DNA of 64,000 nt from Candidatus Latescibacterota bacterium (GCA_965237675.1 OZ250150.1:2592001-2656000), one strand, 5' to 3'; shown: positions 1 to 9,540, counted from the stretch's first letter. The notes: generated by a model from the sequence alone, not told the origin. Translations and numbers: made by a program.

Positions 1-1314
1 CCGAAGCAAAGCGCCCATATCGACTTCCTTCGAGTCGAGTCGTTCATATTCCTTATGGCCCTGCGGTTTCTCACTCCAGGCCAGTGGTGTCGCCCATTGC
101 GCACCCGCCAGATTCGGATCGGCGCCCGCTTCCAGCATGAACCTGGCAAGCTCGGGCCACTCGTGGCGCACTGCCATTGCCAGCGGCGTCGACTGTCTTT
201 CTCCGCCCAACGTGTTTATCTCAGCACCGTGGTTCAGCAGCTTTTCCGCGAAAACGATTCGATCCTGCTCGCTGACATACCAGGTGATCTCCGCGGTCCA
301 ATGTAGGGGGGTCAAGCCGCCTTCCTTCGCGCGGGCGTTCGGATCGAATCCGTGATCCAATAGGAGTTCGAAGCAGGTGTAGAAGTGCTCGACGCGCGCC
401 TTGCCCGGTTTGCTCGGACACCGTAGTCGCCACACCCGCATTGCCAGGCACATCACGTCATGCATTTCGCTTTCCGAAAAATCCGGATTCTGTGAGAGGC
501 AAAGGTCCACGAGATCCGGATGCCCGCCGTGGACGGCCCCATTCAGGACGTCCTTGACACACGAGGGATCGGATTTGACGAGCGCTGCATCGACGGTGAT
601 ATTGTCACTGTGCTGTGCATAGAATCCTGGAGTGATCTCGTTGTCATACCCGGGAAATGCACCGTGTCGCAAAAGCAGCTTTTCCAGCGCATGATTCCCG
701 TTGGAGATCGCCAGGTCGAATGCATTGCCGGACGCATCCATCACGGTATGTGCCGATGCCCCGTGCGCCAGGAGCAGCGTCGCCATTTCCAAATCGTCGT
801 TGGCTGCCGCTGCATGTAAAGGGGCGCCTCGCTCCGCCACGTGAAGCGCCGTGTCACCGCTCCTGTTCACCGAGTGTATCCCGGAAGGGTCCCTGTCAAG
901 CAGTTCCCTCACGCCTTCAATATCACCCCTGCCAGCGGCTCGGCAGAGGAGGATACCTGTTTCTGTCTCTCCCGTCTGCCGGAACCGCCACGCTTCCATC
1001 GCTTCGGCCACTTTGGTATGCCCATGGTGCCGGGCCATATCGATAGCTGACACGCGCTCCCGGTAGGTTACCCGGGTCGGGCTGGCGCCAGCCGCCAGAA
1101 GCAGCCTGACCACCTCCAGGTGGCCCTCCCGTGCCGCGTGGTGAATGGCCTGATAGCCCTGTGCTCCGTCCCGACGTGCGAGTTCGGGTTTCTGCTTCAA
1201 GATCGCCCGGACCCGATCCAGGTCGCCTGCCCGCGCGGCGTTACAGATTCCGGCGATACTCACAGAGGCGTCGTCTCCGGACTGCACAATCTTCCGAAAC
1301 TCTCTCTTTGACAT
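1..1314 (-). CDS. Ankyrin-repeat protein, 3' end beyond the window edge
   Basis: Manual translation from ATG at 1314 (MSKREFRKIVQSG...) stays open to position 1. Ankyrin motifs: QAIHHAAREGHLEVVRLLLAAGA, GDTALHVA, GAPLHAAAANDDLEMATLLLAHGA, GLTPLHWTA, STPLAMAV...LEAGADPN. AAGGGA SD upstream. Missing from the ORF track because there is no stop in the window. Confidence 0.9.
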   Translation of the reverse strand, partial: MSKREFRKIVQSGDDASVSIAGICNAARAGDLDRVRAILKQKPELARRDGAQGYQAIHHAAREGHLEVVRLLLAAGASPTRVTYRERVSAIDMARHHGHTKVAEAMEAWRFRQTGETETGILLCRAAGRGDIEGVRELLDRDPSGIHSVNRSGDTALHVAERGAPLHAAAANDDLEMATLLLAHGASAHTVMDASGNAFDLAISNGNHALEKLLLRHGAFPGYDNEITPGFYAQHSDNITVDAALVKSDPSCVKDVLNGAVHGGHPDLVDLCLSQNPDFSESEMHDVMCLAMRVWRLRCPSKPGKARVEHFYTCFELLLDHGFDPNARAKEGGLTPLHWTAEITWYVSEQDRIVFAEKLLNHGAEINTLGGERQSTPLAMAVRHEWPELARFMLEAGADPNLAGAQWATPLAWSEKPQGHKEYERLDSKEVDMGALLR

Positions 1315-1380
1315 CGCCGGTAATCCCTTCTTCAGCCGTATCCGTGCTGATCGCAGACGGCTATTCGCCGTCTGTCCGGT

Positions 1381-3726
1381 TCACCCGGACGCCGTTCGGG
1401 ATCCGGCCAGATCGGCGGTTTCCACCAGTTTCCACGTGTCTCCGCGATCCGCGGACATCATCAGCGAGCGGCGGCTTCCCTGGTGGTCGTTCCTGTAGAA
1501 CCAGTAGGTGGAAAAGGTGTCGTATGAGAGGAAGAGCCGCCCGATACGGTCTATAGTGAGGCGGTGGTAGAACACACTGTATTCGGAGAACGGAGGCACG
1601 ACAAGGACGCGGGGTTCCTGCCAGGAGCGGTCCGAGGGGCGCCGCTGATGCGCGAGGGTTGCGTAGTTACCGGCCGGGAAGTAGCGGGTGCGGTTCCACC
1701 AGAGCCTGAAGGCCGAGTGAAGCGTGTCTTCCGGATCGCAGACGAAGCCGATGTAGGTCTGGCGTGCATCCGGCCAGGCGTCTTCGGGCTCGGACCAGCC
1801 GGCGTCCGCGGTGTTTGAGGCCAGAGAACGTGCATACGGGAAGGGACAACCGTGGGTACCCGATAGCGCGTGCAGATAACCCTGGCTGTCCATGGTGATG
1901 CTGGGTGAATTGTGGATGTCGTTTGCGGGCGGTCCGTAGCCGACCAGTGCGGGTGCGCCCATTTGCCGGGTTTCCCTATCGACGGTGGCGACAAAGGTCG
2001 GCACACCGGGGACGTTCTCATCCGGATCGGTGGCTTCGGCCCAGATGACGTGCACTTTCCCGTCCCTCGAGACGACCGAGGCGGGAATACCGGAGTGCTG
2101 GGAGAGACCGATGCAATTGTCGGAGATGAGAATCGGTTGTCCGATCGACAGTCCATCGGACGTTTTTTCGGGTAGGAAAAGCTCCAGGTCGTTGACTTTC
2201 CGCCAGAAAAGAAGTACATCTTCTCCAGTGCGGGCGTAACGAAGGACGGGCGGCGGACCGTCGCACGTGTTATGACCTGTAAACCATTCGATATCAAACG
2301 TGAGCGGAAATTCTTCCTTTCCGGGAATAGCGCACGCGGAGAAGGTGAGGCCGTGATCGGTGGAATACAGCAGGTTGGGTTGACCATTGACATTGGCCAC
2401 AAGATATAGTAAATTCTCGGCATCGAAGGCAATCTTGGTGGACGCGGTTCCGAAAGCGGCGTTCTCAAAGCCCTGGACGGAATTTCTGAAGTCCGATGCC
2501 GTCCAGCGGCCGTCCCGCAATGCGGTGATCCCGGTTTCGGTCCGTACGAAGGGCCGGTTGTCGAGGTCGAAGTAGATCTGATTCTCCACGGGACAGTCGG
2601 GCACATAGCCGAACTGTGCGTTCTCATGTTCGTAGGGTTTCAACACCAGGGGCAGTCGGATGGCGCGCCGGACGGGTGAAGGTCCGGCCCTGAGGGTCAG
2701 CGTTGAATACGTAGACACTTCGGGATGATTTTCGGAAGTCGCCCGCAGTCGGCACGTGAGGATTTCACTCTCGCCTGCCGTATCGGGCGTGCTGTAGCGG
2801 GCGGTGACGCCGGCACATTCCATTGGGCCGAGATCGACGGTATCCGCGGAGAGCCGGACCGGAAACCTGGCGTCCCCGTCGAATTCGGGCGCCAGGCGCA
2901 CGGTTTGCGGTCTGTTCGAACTGTTCCGGATCCGGTAGTCGACCGCGCCTGACTCGCCGGGGCGGATGTACAGGTTCTTGTTGTAGGGTGTCAGCAGCCA
3001 GCGGCAGGGGTGGAGGGGGAAGAAGGATTCCTGGTGCGGGGTCCAGAAGGACATATTCGCGTGCGGATCGTCATCGGACCAGCGCGTGACACCGTCGATG
3101 TGAATGACAGCTTGCTGGGCGGGCAGGTGGAGGCGCCATGGCGTGGACCGGTGAGGATGCTCGGGGAACGTATGGGCGACGCATCCGCCCTGAACCATTA
3201 GGGTATCCACGAGGCTTCCCGCAGCGTCGAACACAGACAGCGTTTCCACGGCGTCGGGCAGGTCCTCGATTTCGATTGTAAATGCATGATCGGGAGGCTG
3301 GAAGCAGACGTCTCCAGGGTACTCCGGCGCGAGCAGGACGATGGGTTCCTGATGGGCGGCGTCTTTGTGGCCACGGGAAGTCTCGATGAGGTAACGCTTG
3401 CAGTGGGTTCGAAACGCCCAGACGATCTCCTCGCCGTATCTGTCCTGGGAGATGGTGACGTTGAGTTTGTAGATGCCTTTGTGGTTGACGTGCGTTGATA
3501 ACCGGGCCCGTTGAAGCGGACCGGCGCTGTCGCCGTGACCTGTGTCGGGCAGGGTCACCTCCCGCACCACCTTCCGATCCGGCGTAATCAAAAGCGCCCG
3601 CAGATCCGTGCGCCGGTTGTGGACGTTGCGGTCCCGTTTCTGTAGGTCAATGACGAGTTCACCCGGCGTGGCTAAGAAATACGCGCCTCCCGCGCCGCCA
3701 ATGCCCCATCGTATCGTCGAATCCAT
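1381..3726 (-). CDS. BNR-repeat (sialidase-like beta-propeller, BNR_4-type) protein
   Basis: 781 aa. Asp-box motifs YSTDHGLTFS and MSADRGDTWK. DIHNSPSITMDSQGYLHALSGTHG resembles the BNR_4 family. Confidence 0.7.
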   Translation of the reverse strand: MDSTIRWGIGGAGGAYFLATPGELVIDLQKRDRNVHNRRTDLRALLITPDRKVVREVTLPDTGHGDSAGPLQRARLSTHVNHKGIYKLNVTISQDRYGEEIVWAFRTHCKRYLIETSRGHKDAAHQEPIVLLAPEYPGDVCFQPPDHAFTIEIEDLPDAVETLSVFDAAGSLVDTLMVQGGCVAHTFPEHPHRSTPWRLHLPAQQAVIHIDGVTRWSDDDPHANMSFWTPHQESFFPLHPCRWLLTPYNKNLYIRPGESGAVDYRIRNSSNRPQTVRLAPEFDGDARFPVRLSADTVDLGPMECAGVTARYSTPDTAGESEILTCRLRATSENHPEVSTYSTLTLRAGPSPVRRAIRLPLVLKPYEHENAQFGYVPDCPVENQIYFDLDNRPFVRTETGITALRDGRWTASDFRNSVQGFENAAFGTASTKIAFDAENLLYLVANVNGQPNLLYSTDHGLTFSACAIPGKEEFPLTFDIEWFTGHNTCDGPPPVLRYARTGEDVLLFWRKVNDLELFLPEKTSDGLSIGQPILISDNCIGLSQHSGIPASVVSRDGKVHVIWAEATDPDENVPGVPTFVATVDRETRQMGAPALVGYGPPANDIHNSPSITMDSQGYLHALSGTHGCPFPYARSLASNTADAGWSEPEDAWPDARQTYIGFVCDPEDTLHSAFRLWWNRTRYFPAGNYATLAHQRRPSDRSWQEPRVLVVPPFSEYSVFYHRLTIDRIGRLFLSYDTFSTYWFYRNDHQGSRRSLMMSADRGDTWKLVETADLAGSRTASG

Positions 3727-3969
3727 GATCGAACCCTCCCGTCAGTTTCAATGTCACGCTACAGATACAAGTATAAGGTTGAGGGTCGTCATTTAAAACG
3801 AAATTATACCGGGGGCTGGATCTCAGGGCCGTCTTGCCTCCGGCGCCGCCCCGTACGCTTCGGCCCGGGTACAATGAGGGTCGAAGATCGGATTTTGGAA
3901 CGAAGCCGCGTATTGCGATGTCGAAATGGCATACAGGATTCACGGCTCAATATCCGTTCCTCTCGGTAG

Positions 3970-4020
3970 GTTACGGAATCTCAATCTTTGTGTAACCGAT
4001 CCGTAACATTTCGGATCTAC
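3970..4020 (+). promoter_or_regulatory. Possible ECF-sigma promoter or operator upstream of tonB
   Basis: TGTAAC (3991-3996) followed by TCTA (4016-4019). Inverted repeat GTTACGGA (3970-3977) / TCCGTAAC (4000-4007). Confidence 0.25.
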
Positions 4021-4078
4021 ATTCATAAGTGACGGTTTTCACGGTGGTTTAGTGGAATTACCGTGAGGGGGGGATCAG

Positions 4079-4849
4079 ATGAAGTTCGTGCTGAAACGGT
4101 TTGACGGTTCAATACTGTCGAATCTGGCCGCTCAGCGAGATCGACGCAAGCATTTTGAGCTGCTCCTGGCGGATCGGCGGACGGGAATCCAGGTGGAGAA
4201 ACGGGACAAGAATTCCGAGGCGGATCTGAAGCGGCGGTACCGGAAGGTTCTGGGCCTTTCGTTCGTTATCTCCGCGGCGGTTCATGCTGGAATCGCCGTT
4301 CTGTTTCCAACCCTGGACATTCAGGCCACACCTTCCAAACCCGATCAGATTGTGATTCAGATAGAGGATCTTCCCGAGACCCGGCAGATCAGCCGTCCGC
4401 CGCCACCGCCCCGTCCGGCCGTGCCGATCGAGACCGAAAGCGAAGACGTTCCGGACGATGTGACGATCGAGACCACCGATCTCGAACTGGAGGACGTACC
4501 AGTGGATCTGCCGCCTCCCCCGCCGGCAGGAAGCAAATCCGCTGCCATCGAGGAAGAGGAGATTCTGGAAGTCTGGAAGGTGGACCAGAAGCCCAGGCTG
4601 GTGAGAAGGGCGATCCCGGTGTATCCGGAGTTCGCGCTTAGGGCCGGCCTGGAAGGATCGGTCATGCTGAAAGTGCTTCTTGGCAAAGACGGAAAAGTGG
4701 AGAGTGTCCAGATGTTGAAGGGCGACGGAATCTTCCGGAAATCGGCCGAAGACGCGATGCGCAAGTTCCTGTTTGAGCCGGCCCGTCAAAGTGATCGGCC
4801 CGTTAAGGTCTGGCTCGTGATTCCGATACACTTCAAGCTGGAGGAATGA
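4079..4849 (+). CDS. tonB: Energy transducer TonB
   Basis: Single TM helix with SxxxH (SAAVH), Pro-rich linker (RPPPPPRP, LPPPPP), and TonB C-terminal domain (PVYPEFA...LEGSV...FEPARQ...IPIHFKL). Confidence 0.9.
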   Translation: MKFVLKRFDGSILSNLAAQRDRRKHFELLLADRRTGIQVEKRDKNSEADLKRRYRKVLGLSFVISAAVHAGIAVLFPTLDIQATPSKPDQIVIQIEDLPETRQISRPPPPPRPAVPIETESEDVPDDVTIETTDLELEDVPVDLPPPPPAGSKSAAIEEEEILEVWKVDQKPRLVRRAIPVYPEFALRAGLEGSVMLKVLLGKDGKVESVQMLKGDGIFRKSAEDAMRKFLFEPARQSDRPVKVWLVIPIHFKLEE

Positions 4850-4869
4850 GAGCGGCGCGTCAGCCGATC

Positions 4870-4916
4870 CGAACACACGACGGGCTCCGGAAAAACCGGA
4901 GCCCGTCGTGTGTTCG
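4870..4916. terminator. Perfect 21-bp hairpin between convergent genes, likely terminator
   Basis: CGAACACACGACGGGCTCCGG-AAAAA-CCGGAGCCCGTCGTGTGTTCG, 20 bp after the tonB stop. No U-tract. Confidence 0.7.
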
Positions 4917-4926
4917 AGGGTAGAGG

Positions 4927-5043
4927 TAAGACGTTAGACGGTAGACGACGTCCTTGCCCGATTGGTTTTTCCTTTATGCCTCCGGCACAAAATGAAACCG
5001 GACGCGGCAGGGGATCTCTCACGTCTTGCGTCTCACGTCTAAC
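4927..5043. repeat. Inverted pair of 7-bp-period tandem repeats (AGACG x3 ... CGTCT x3)
   Basis: AGACG at 4929, 4936, 4943 and CGTCT at 5022, 5029, 5036. Confidence 0.7.
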
Positions 5044-6107
5044 CGCTTCTCCAGGAACGCGTACGCGATTTCGCGGTGCGCGTCGTCGAAGCCATGGCCT
5101 TCTTCGTGCAGGACCTGGCGAAAGTTGCCTTTAACGCCATAGAGCGCAAAGACCTCGGAGACCGATTCGGCCATACGCTCGAGAATCGGCCGTGTGATTT
5201 GGGTTTCCTCCAGGCCATACTGAAAGTCGTTGAGCGCCGTGATGGGCATGATGGCGCGGGGCGCGGCCAGCGCGAGGTATTCGTGGAGATCGATCGGAAA
5301 GGGTTTGCCGGTCTGGCAGTAGGGCCTCAGAAAGGGGCGGCCTACCCACCAGCCGGTGCGCGCATGGTTGAACGGATTCTTGGAGAACCGGGAGGGCCAG
5401 TCGCCGCAACTCGAGACGCCGGCCGAGATGCGCGGTTCGAGCGCCATGGCGTGGATCGTGATCCCGCCCCCCTGCGAATGGCCGATGGATCCGATGCGTT
5501 TGGCGTCCGCCTCGGGTATGGTTTCGAGCAGATCGACGGCCCCGCTCAGATCCCACAGGTCCTTGCCGCGGATGGACCATTCGGGATATTTTTCGTAGAA
5601 GGGCGCGGTGTCGAAGTCGCGGAGCCCCTCATATCGACGTTCGTTGGCGCTTATCAGGTCGTACGCCAGGGTAATGAAGCCGCGCCGGACCAGATGAAGC
5701 GCGTAGGCGCGGTCGCGGCCCTTTTCGGAGGGGTCGTTCCCGATGACCTGTTCTCTCCCCAACGGCGTGGTGGGGTGAATGCAGAGTACGGCCGGGGCAC
5801 GGGCGTTCAGGTCGATGGGGATGAGCACGTCCGCGACAATGCGTTCATCCGGCGCGACGTTGTAGGCTATTTTTCGCTGGACGTAGTCCCCGCGGTCGGT
5901 TTCCGAAACGACCTCCGCATCCAGCGGGCAGATTTCCGAGGGGCCTCGACCCAGGGTCTGGCGAAAAATGGCCCGAAGCGCGGCCGCTTTCGTTTCCCAT
6001 TCTTCCGGGGTGTCTATCCTGGCGACGTGCGACGCCCCGCCGCCCATCGTGAGGCCGTCTCCGCCCCTCCGGATATCCAGCAGGTCGTCGAACGAGATGT
6101 CGGTCAT
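5019..6107 (-). CDS. Alpha/beta hydrolase (dienelactone hydrolase / acetylxylan-esterase-like)
   Basis: Nucleophile elbow GHSQGG, LAAPRA and C-terminal EGHGF. GGGAG SD before ATG 6107 (MTDISFDD). Confidence 0.85.
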   Translation of the reverse strand: MTDISFDDLLDIRRGGDGLTMGGGASHVARIDTPEEWETKAAALRAIFRQTLGRGPSEICPLDAEVVSETDRGDYVQRKIAYNVAPDERIVADVLIPIDLNARAPAVLCIHPTTPLGREQVIGNDPSEKGRDRAYALHLVRRGFITLAYDLISANERRYEGLRDFDTAPFYEKYPEWSIRGKDLWDLSGAVDLLETIPEADAKRIGSIGHSQGGGITIHAMALEPRISAGVSSCGDWPSRFSKNPFNHARTGWWVGRPFLRPYCQTGKPFPIDLHEYLALAAPRAIMPITALNDFQYGLEETQITRPILERMAESVSEVFALYGVKGNFRQVLHEEGHGFDDAHREIAYAFLEKRLDVRRKT

Positions 6108-6151
6108 CTGTAACTCCCGCGTCAGGGTCTCCTGCAATTGGGGAAATTAGC

Positions 6152-6207
6152 AACATGGATGCACAGGATAGACAGGATGAAAGACGCAATCCCTCTTAAT
6201 CCTTGTC
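6152..6207. repeat. 9-bp-period repeat (ACATGGAT/ACAGGAT/ACAGGAT) with a degenerate inverted partner
   Basis: aacatggat-gcacaggat-agacaggat, then atccctcttaatccttgtc. Confidence 0.5.
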
Positions 6208-6303
6208 AGTACCGCTGGTCCGTACATCCAAAACGACTGAATTAATGATCCTGCCGCCGCCGTTCTCGCCTCACTGCCTTGGTCGCGCCCGGACATCGCT
6301 TAT

Positions 6304-6368
6304 CACTCCCGCCTTGAGGGGGAGTCGGCAAGACACGGGCGAATGCCCGTCGTAGTGCCGGTGGGGGG
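6304..6368. repeat. REP-like multi-hairpin palindromic element
   Basis: ACTCCC...GGGAGT stem, then CGGCA-[ACGGGC gaat GCCCGT]-TGCCG nested stems, ending GTGGGGGG. Confidence 0.55.
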
Positions 6369-6548
6369 TGGTCCAACGCAAGTTCACCCACGAAACTCTG
6401 CAAAAGGTACGCGCCTCCTCCCAAATCAAACCGGCACTGGAGGCCCTCTGTGGCGGTAGCCGCGCAAAAAGCAACCGGCGGCTACAAGTCCGGCTCCATT
6501 TGCCTGAGTGCCATTGTTGCGTACTCTCCCTCTCGGGTTTCTTCGAAT

Positions 6549-7151
6549 TTACGGGCTCACTGTCAATCGGAATCCCAGCGTTCGCGCGAGGCCCGGGGCC
6601 GTCTCCCAGAGTTCCCGTCCAAATTTCCTCATGCCTGGACGCGTGAAAAATGCATCCTGGAGCGATCCTAGCGCCAACATCTCGAAAGCGGCGGCTTGCA
6701 GCCAGTTGACGTCCGTGCGGTAACCGCATACAGCGAGGGCGCCGGTTTTGCGCAGAAACGCGTTCAGCCTATTACCGTGGTCGTCAAGGGTGTCGCACGA
6801 ACCGAAGTACAGCACGCGACCCTTGCATCTGCCATCCAGAATCTCGGCAATCCCATCCATTGATACCCCATTGTCCCGTTTCTCTCCGATCCAGATCTTT
6901 CCGGGCGCTCCGTGGAAGCCAAGGTAGAGGATCGGGTGTGTGTCTCTGAAGGACGCGCCCGCCCATTTCCTCAGAAGGAATTCGAACTCCTCCCGGGTGG
7001 CGACGTCGAAGTGAACGTGCGAAACTCTGTATTTCGACATCTCCAGCAGACGAAGTACAGGCTCCACGCTGGACTTGTCCCTGATTCCGGGTTCCCACGA
7101 CGCTGTTTCCAGGCAGAACACGTTCTTTTTCTGGTTTCTTCGCTTTCCCAC
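6549..7151 (-). CDS. DUF6642-like protein with a caspase/CHAT-like His-Cys dyad
   Basis: VFCLE..W, ILYLGFHG, VLYFGSCDTL, AVCGYRTDVNW. GGAGG SD before GTG 7151; the ORF track's start at 7364 is likely over-extended. Confidence 0.7.
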   Translation of the reverse strand: MGKRRNQKKNVFCLETASWEPGIRDKSSVEPVLRLLEMSKYRVSHVHFDVATREEFEFLLRKWAGASFRDTHPILYLGFHGAPGKIWIGEKRDNGVSMDGIAEILDGRCKGRVLYFGSCDTLDDHGNRLNAFLRKTGALAVCGYRTDVNWLQAAAFEMLALGSLQDAFFTRPGMRKFGRELWETAPGLARTLGFRLTVSP

Positions 7152-7440
7152 TGTCTCCTCCAAAGAACCTGTCGCGCTTTCGGTGGTACCGGGGATGTTC
7201 CACGGCTGGTCGCGGCGTCCCGTAGCCACTAAGAACTTACTAAGATTCACATGAACCTGCTTCTGGTGCGCGTCTTCGAGCGTCCAAAGCATGAGTCTTC
7301 GCCACAGATCAAGTAACAAGCCGCAAGCGCCACCCGCCACTTTATAGCCGGGCGCAGCGGACATTTAGATGCCCTCGGTCCTATCCAGGGCAAAACGGAT
7401 AGGCCTTGACCATTGTCGACGCGATTTTTACTTTGCAATA

Positions 7441-8646
7441 ATGAATAAGCTTGCCGCCATAACTACCACGGCGCTGGCGATCGCCGCCCTCGGCTGTGAA
7501 AACAAAGCCCGAAAAGTAGCACATGCCGAAGCCGCCATTGCTGCCGCCGAAGCCGATGAAGCGGATAGCGCTGCAACAGCCGCCGAGGCCAGCACCGCGA
7601 AAGTTCTCGAATACGCCAAAACTGCAATTCAATTTGCGCAGGACGCCCACGAAATCAAACGCGCCTTTGTCAAAGAAGCCAGCCCAAGCATAAGCGGGCT
7701 TGACTTTGTCAAAGCTGCAAGGAAGAAATACTCCGCTGTCCTTGCCGACCGGGATGCGGCGAAGGACAAATACGATGCTATCAGCGAAGCCGAAAGTGGG
7801 GCGAGGATACAATACCAAACCGCTAAAGACGCCACAGATGCCGCGTGGGACAAATACGAAACTGGCAGATACGCGACCGCAGATAGGGCGTGGAAGAAAT
7901 ATTCGGCTGCCTTCAATGTCGAACGTGTTGCCTGGGACCGTTACGAAGATGTAAGTAGATTCGCCGAAAATTCGGCTACATTTGCCGCATTTGAAGAATA
8001 TCGTGCGGCCGAAGCTGCTTATGATACCGCATGGGCCGAATATCAAACTGCCAAGAGCAAATACGACGCTGTCAGCAACGCTGTAAATGCCGCAAGGAAG
8101 CGGTACCTTGCCGCTAAATTGGCTACAGATGTCACATGGGACAAATACGAAACTGCCAGATACGCAGCCGTAGACGCCGCCCAGGAAGCCGCAAGAAAGC
8201 AATACCAAGTTGCCAGGAAGGGCGCAGATACCGCGAAGGACAAATTTCAAGGCGTCTCGGATTTCGCCCGCAAACTCGAAAGCGAAATTTACCAGGCCAC
8301 AAATAACGCTCTCGAAGCAGCGGCAGACGCCGATAAAGCCAGAACAACGGCCCTCGAAGCCGTTCTTGACGCACGAAACGCTGCCAGAATTGCCGCTCGG
8401 GAAGCTATGCGTGCTAGAATCGCCGCCAGTGTAGACAACCCCGACCGCGCCGCCACCAAAGCCGACAAAGTCATACAAAAAACCGAAGATGCCAGGAGAG
8501 CAGCAATGAGAGTCCAAAATGCAGGACATTCGGCAAGACAAAAAGCCGCCTTTGCCAGAAACGAAGCAAGCCGAGCTAGAAACGCCTTCAAAGCCGCGAG
8601 TAGACCCACATACGAAGCCGCCCGTCGATATTTCGACGGGCCTTGA
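7441..8646 (+). CDS. Ala-rich coiled-coil repeat lipoprotein
   Basis: Signal peptide and lipobox (MNKLAAITTTALAIAALG-C). Internal 97-aa duplication: TGGGACAAATACGAAACTG at 7846 and 8137. A-rich codon usage unlike neighbouring genes. Confidence 0.75.
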   Translation: MNKLAAITTTALAIAALGCENKARKVAHAEAAIAAAEADEADSAATAAEASTAKVLEYAKTAIQFAQDAHEIKRAFVKEASPSISGLDFVKAARKKYSAVLADRDAAKDKYDAISEAESGARIQYQTAKDATDAAWDKYETGRYATADRAWKKYSAAFNVERVAWDRYEDVSRFAENSATFAAFEEYRAAEAAYDTAWAEYQTAKSKYDAVSNAVNAARKRYLAAKLATDVTWDKYETARYAAVDAAQEAARKQYQVARKGADTAKDKFQGVSDFARKLESEIYQATNNALEAAADADKARTTALEAVLDARNAARIAAREAMRARIAASVDNPDRAATKADKVIQKTEDARRAAMRVQNAGHSARQKAAFARNEASRARNAFKAASRPTYEAARRYFDGP

Positions 8647-9088
8647 AGCCCTGTAGATACAGCCCCCCGGACGCCGGGTGAAAAAAGAGCACGGGAAAAC
8701 TACAAGCCCGCAGAAACTGCAGCTTTGGCCAGGTAAGAGACAGTAATCCAAGAACGCAGAAATGCCGAATAACCTGCGGGAGCCCAATGGGACAAATTCG
8801 AAATCGTCAACAAAGAGGTTGATGATGAACGAGAAAATGCAGACAACGAATTCAAACCTGACTAAACGGACCCAGCTCGAAATATGCAAGATAGCCGCAT
8901 TGTATGCCAATTGGGTCATGAATTCGGCCATTAAATGCACAATCTTAGTGAAAGTTGCTGAGTGCTCAGCAAATCACGCCGCCGCTTGTAACCTTGCCCC
9001 CAAAGCCGCCGAATTAGCCGTCACGAATTCCAATAACGCTCCCGAAATTGCCAAAGCCGCTCAATTTGCAAAAGAAATCCTCCCTTAG
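8647..9088 (+). pseudogene. Decayed continuation or paralogue of the repeat lipoprotein
   Basis: The same frame continues EKRARENYKPAETAALAR*ETV...AE*PAGAQWDKFE (compare the WDKYE repeats). A second frame gives APEIAKAAQFAKE (compare VLEYAKTAIQFAQD). Confidence 0.5.
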
Positions 9089-9137
9089 TTTAAAAGACGC
9101 GGTAGCCAGCGACCTCTTCGGGCGATTGGCAGGCCAA

Positions 9138-9368
9138 CTACGGCGTCACACACACGCAGGGCTGTTTAAACATCTTCATCATCACGTCTGACACGGAGCA
9201 TCTCATGTCAACGTGATCAACCCATATACCTCGGGCGCGCCCGTAGTAACGATTCGTCCCTCTCCTGTACAAAACACAAAGTGAGAGGGTCTTTTTTTGG
9301 ATTTGCGAGTCGGCCCGGTGACGACAATCCACTCGAAATTGCCATTCGGCGACCGCGTCTCCCGGCAT
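9138..9368 (-). CDS. Small hypothetical protein (76 aa, MPGDAVAEW...)
   Basis: Strong SD (GGAGGACAGGAG) directly before ATG 9368; divergent from the Xre gene. No family recognised. Confidence 0.3.
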   Translation of the reverse strand: MPGDAVAEWQFRVDCRHRADSQIQKKTLSLCVLYRRGTNRYYGRARGIWVDHVDMRCSVSDVMMKMFKQPCVCVTP

Positions 9369-9540
9369 CTCCTGTCCTCCTGTGTTGCCGTCACGATAGC
9401 GATTTTTGAGAATATGCGATGATGGCACCAACTGACGCAACCGCCAAAGGAAGTGTCGAAATCGCTTGTGACACTTTCTAAGGCATATGACACGCCGCCC
9501 CCAAAGACCCTTTCCAAATATACAGGAGATATGTATATAA

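Noticed and set aside
55-1311. Many short + strand ORFs
   Set aside because: Antisense to the ankyrin gene, which explains the region.
7381-8940. 519-aa antisense ORF over the lipoprotein
   Set aside because: Shadow of a biased, repetitive sense gene; its Phe/Cys/Gly-rich composition is not protein-like.
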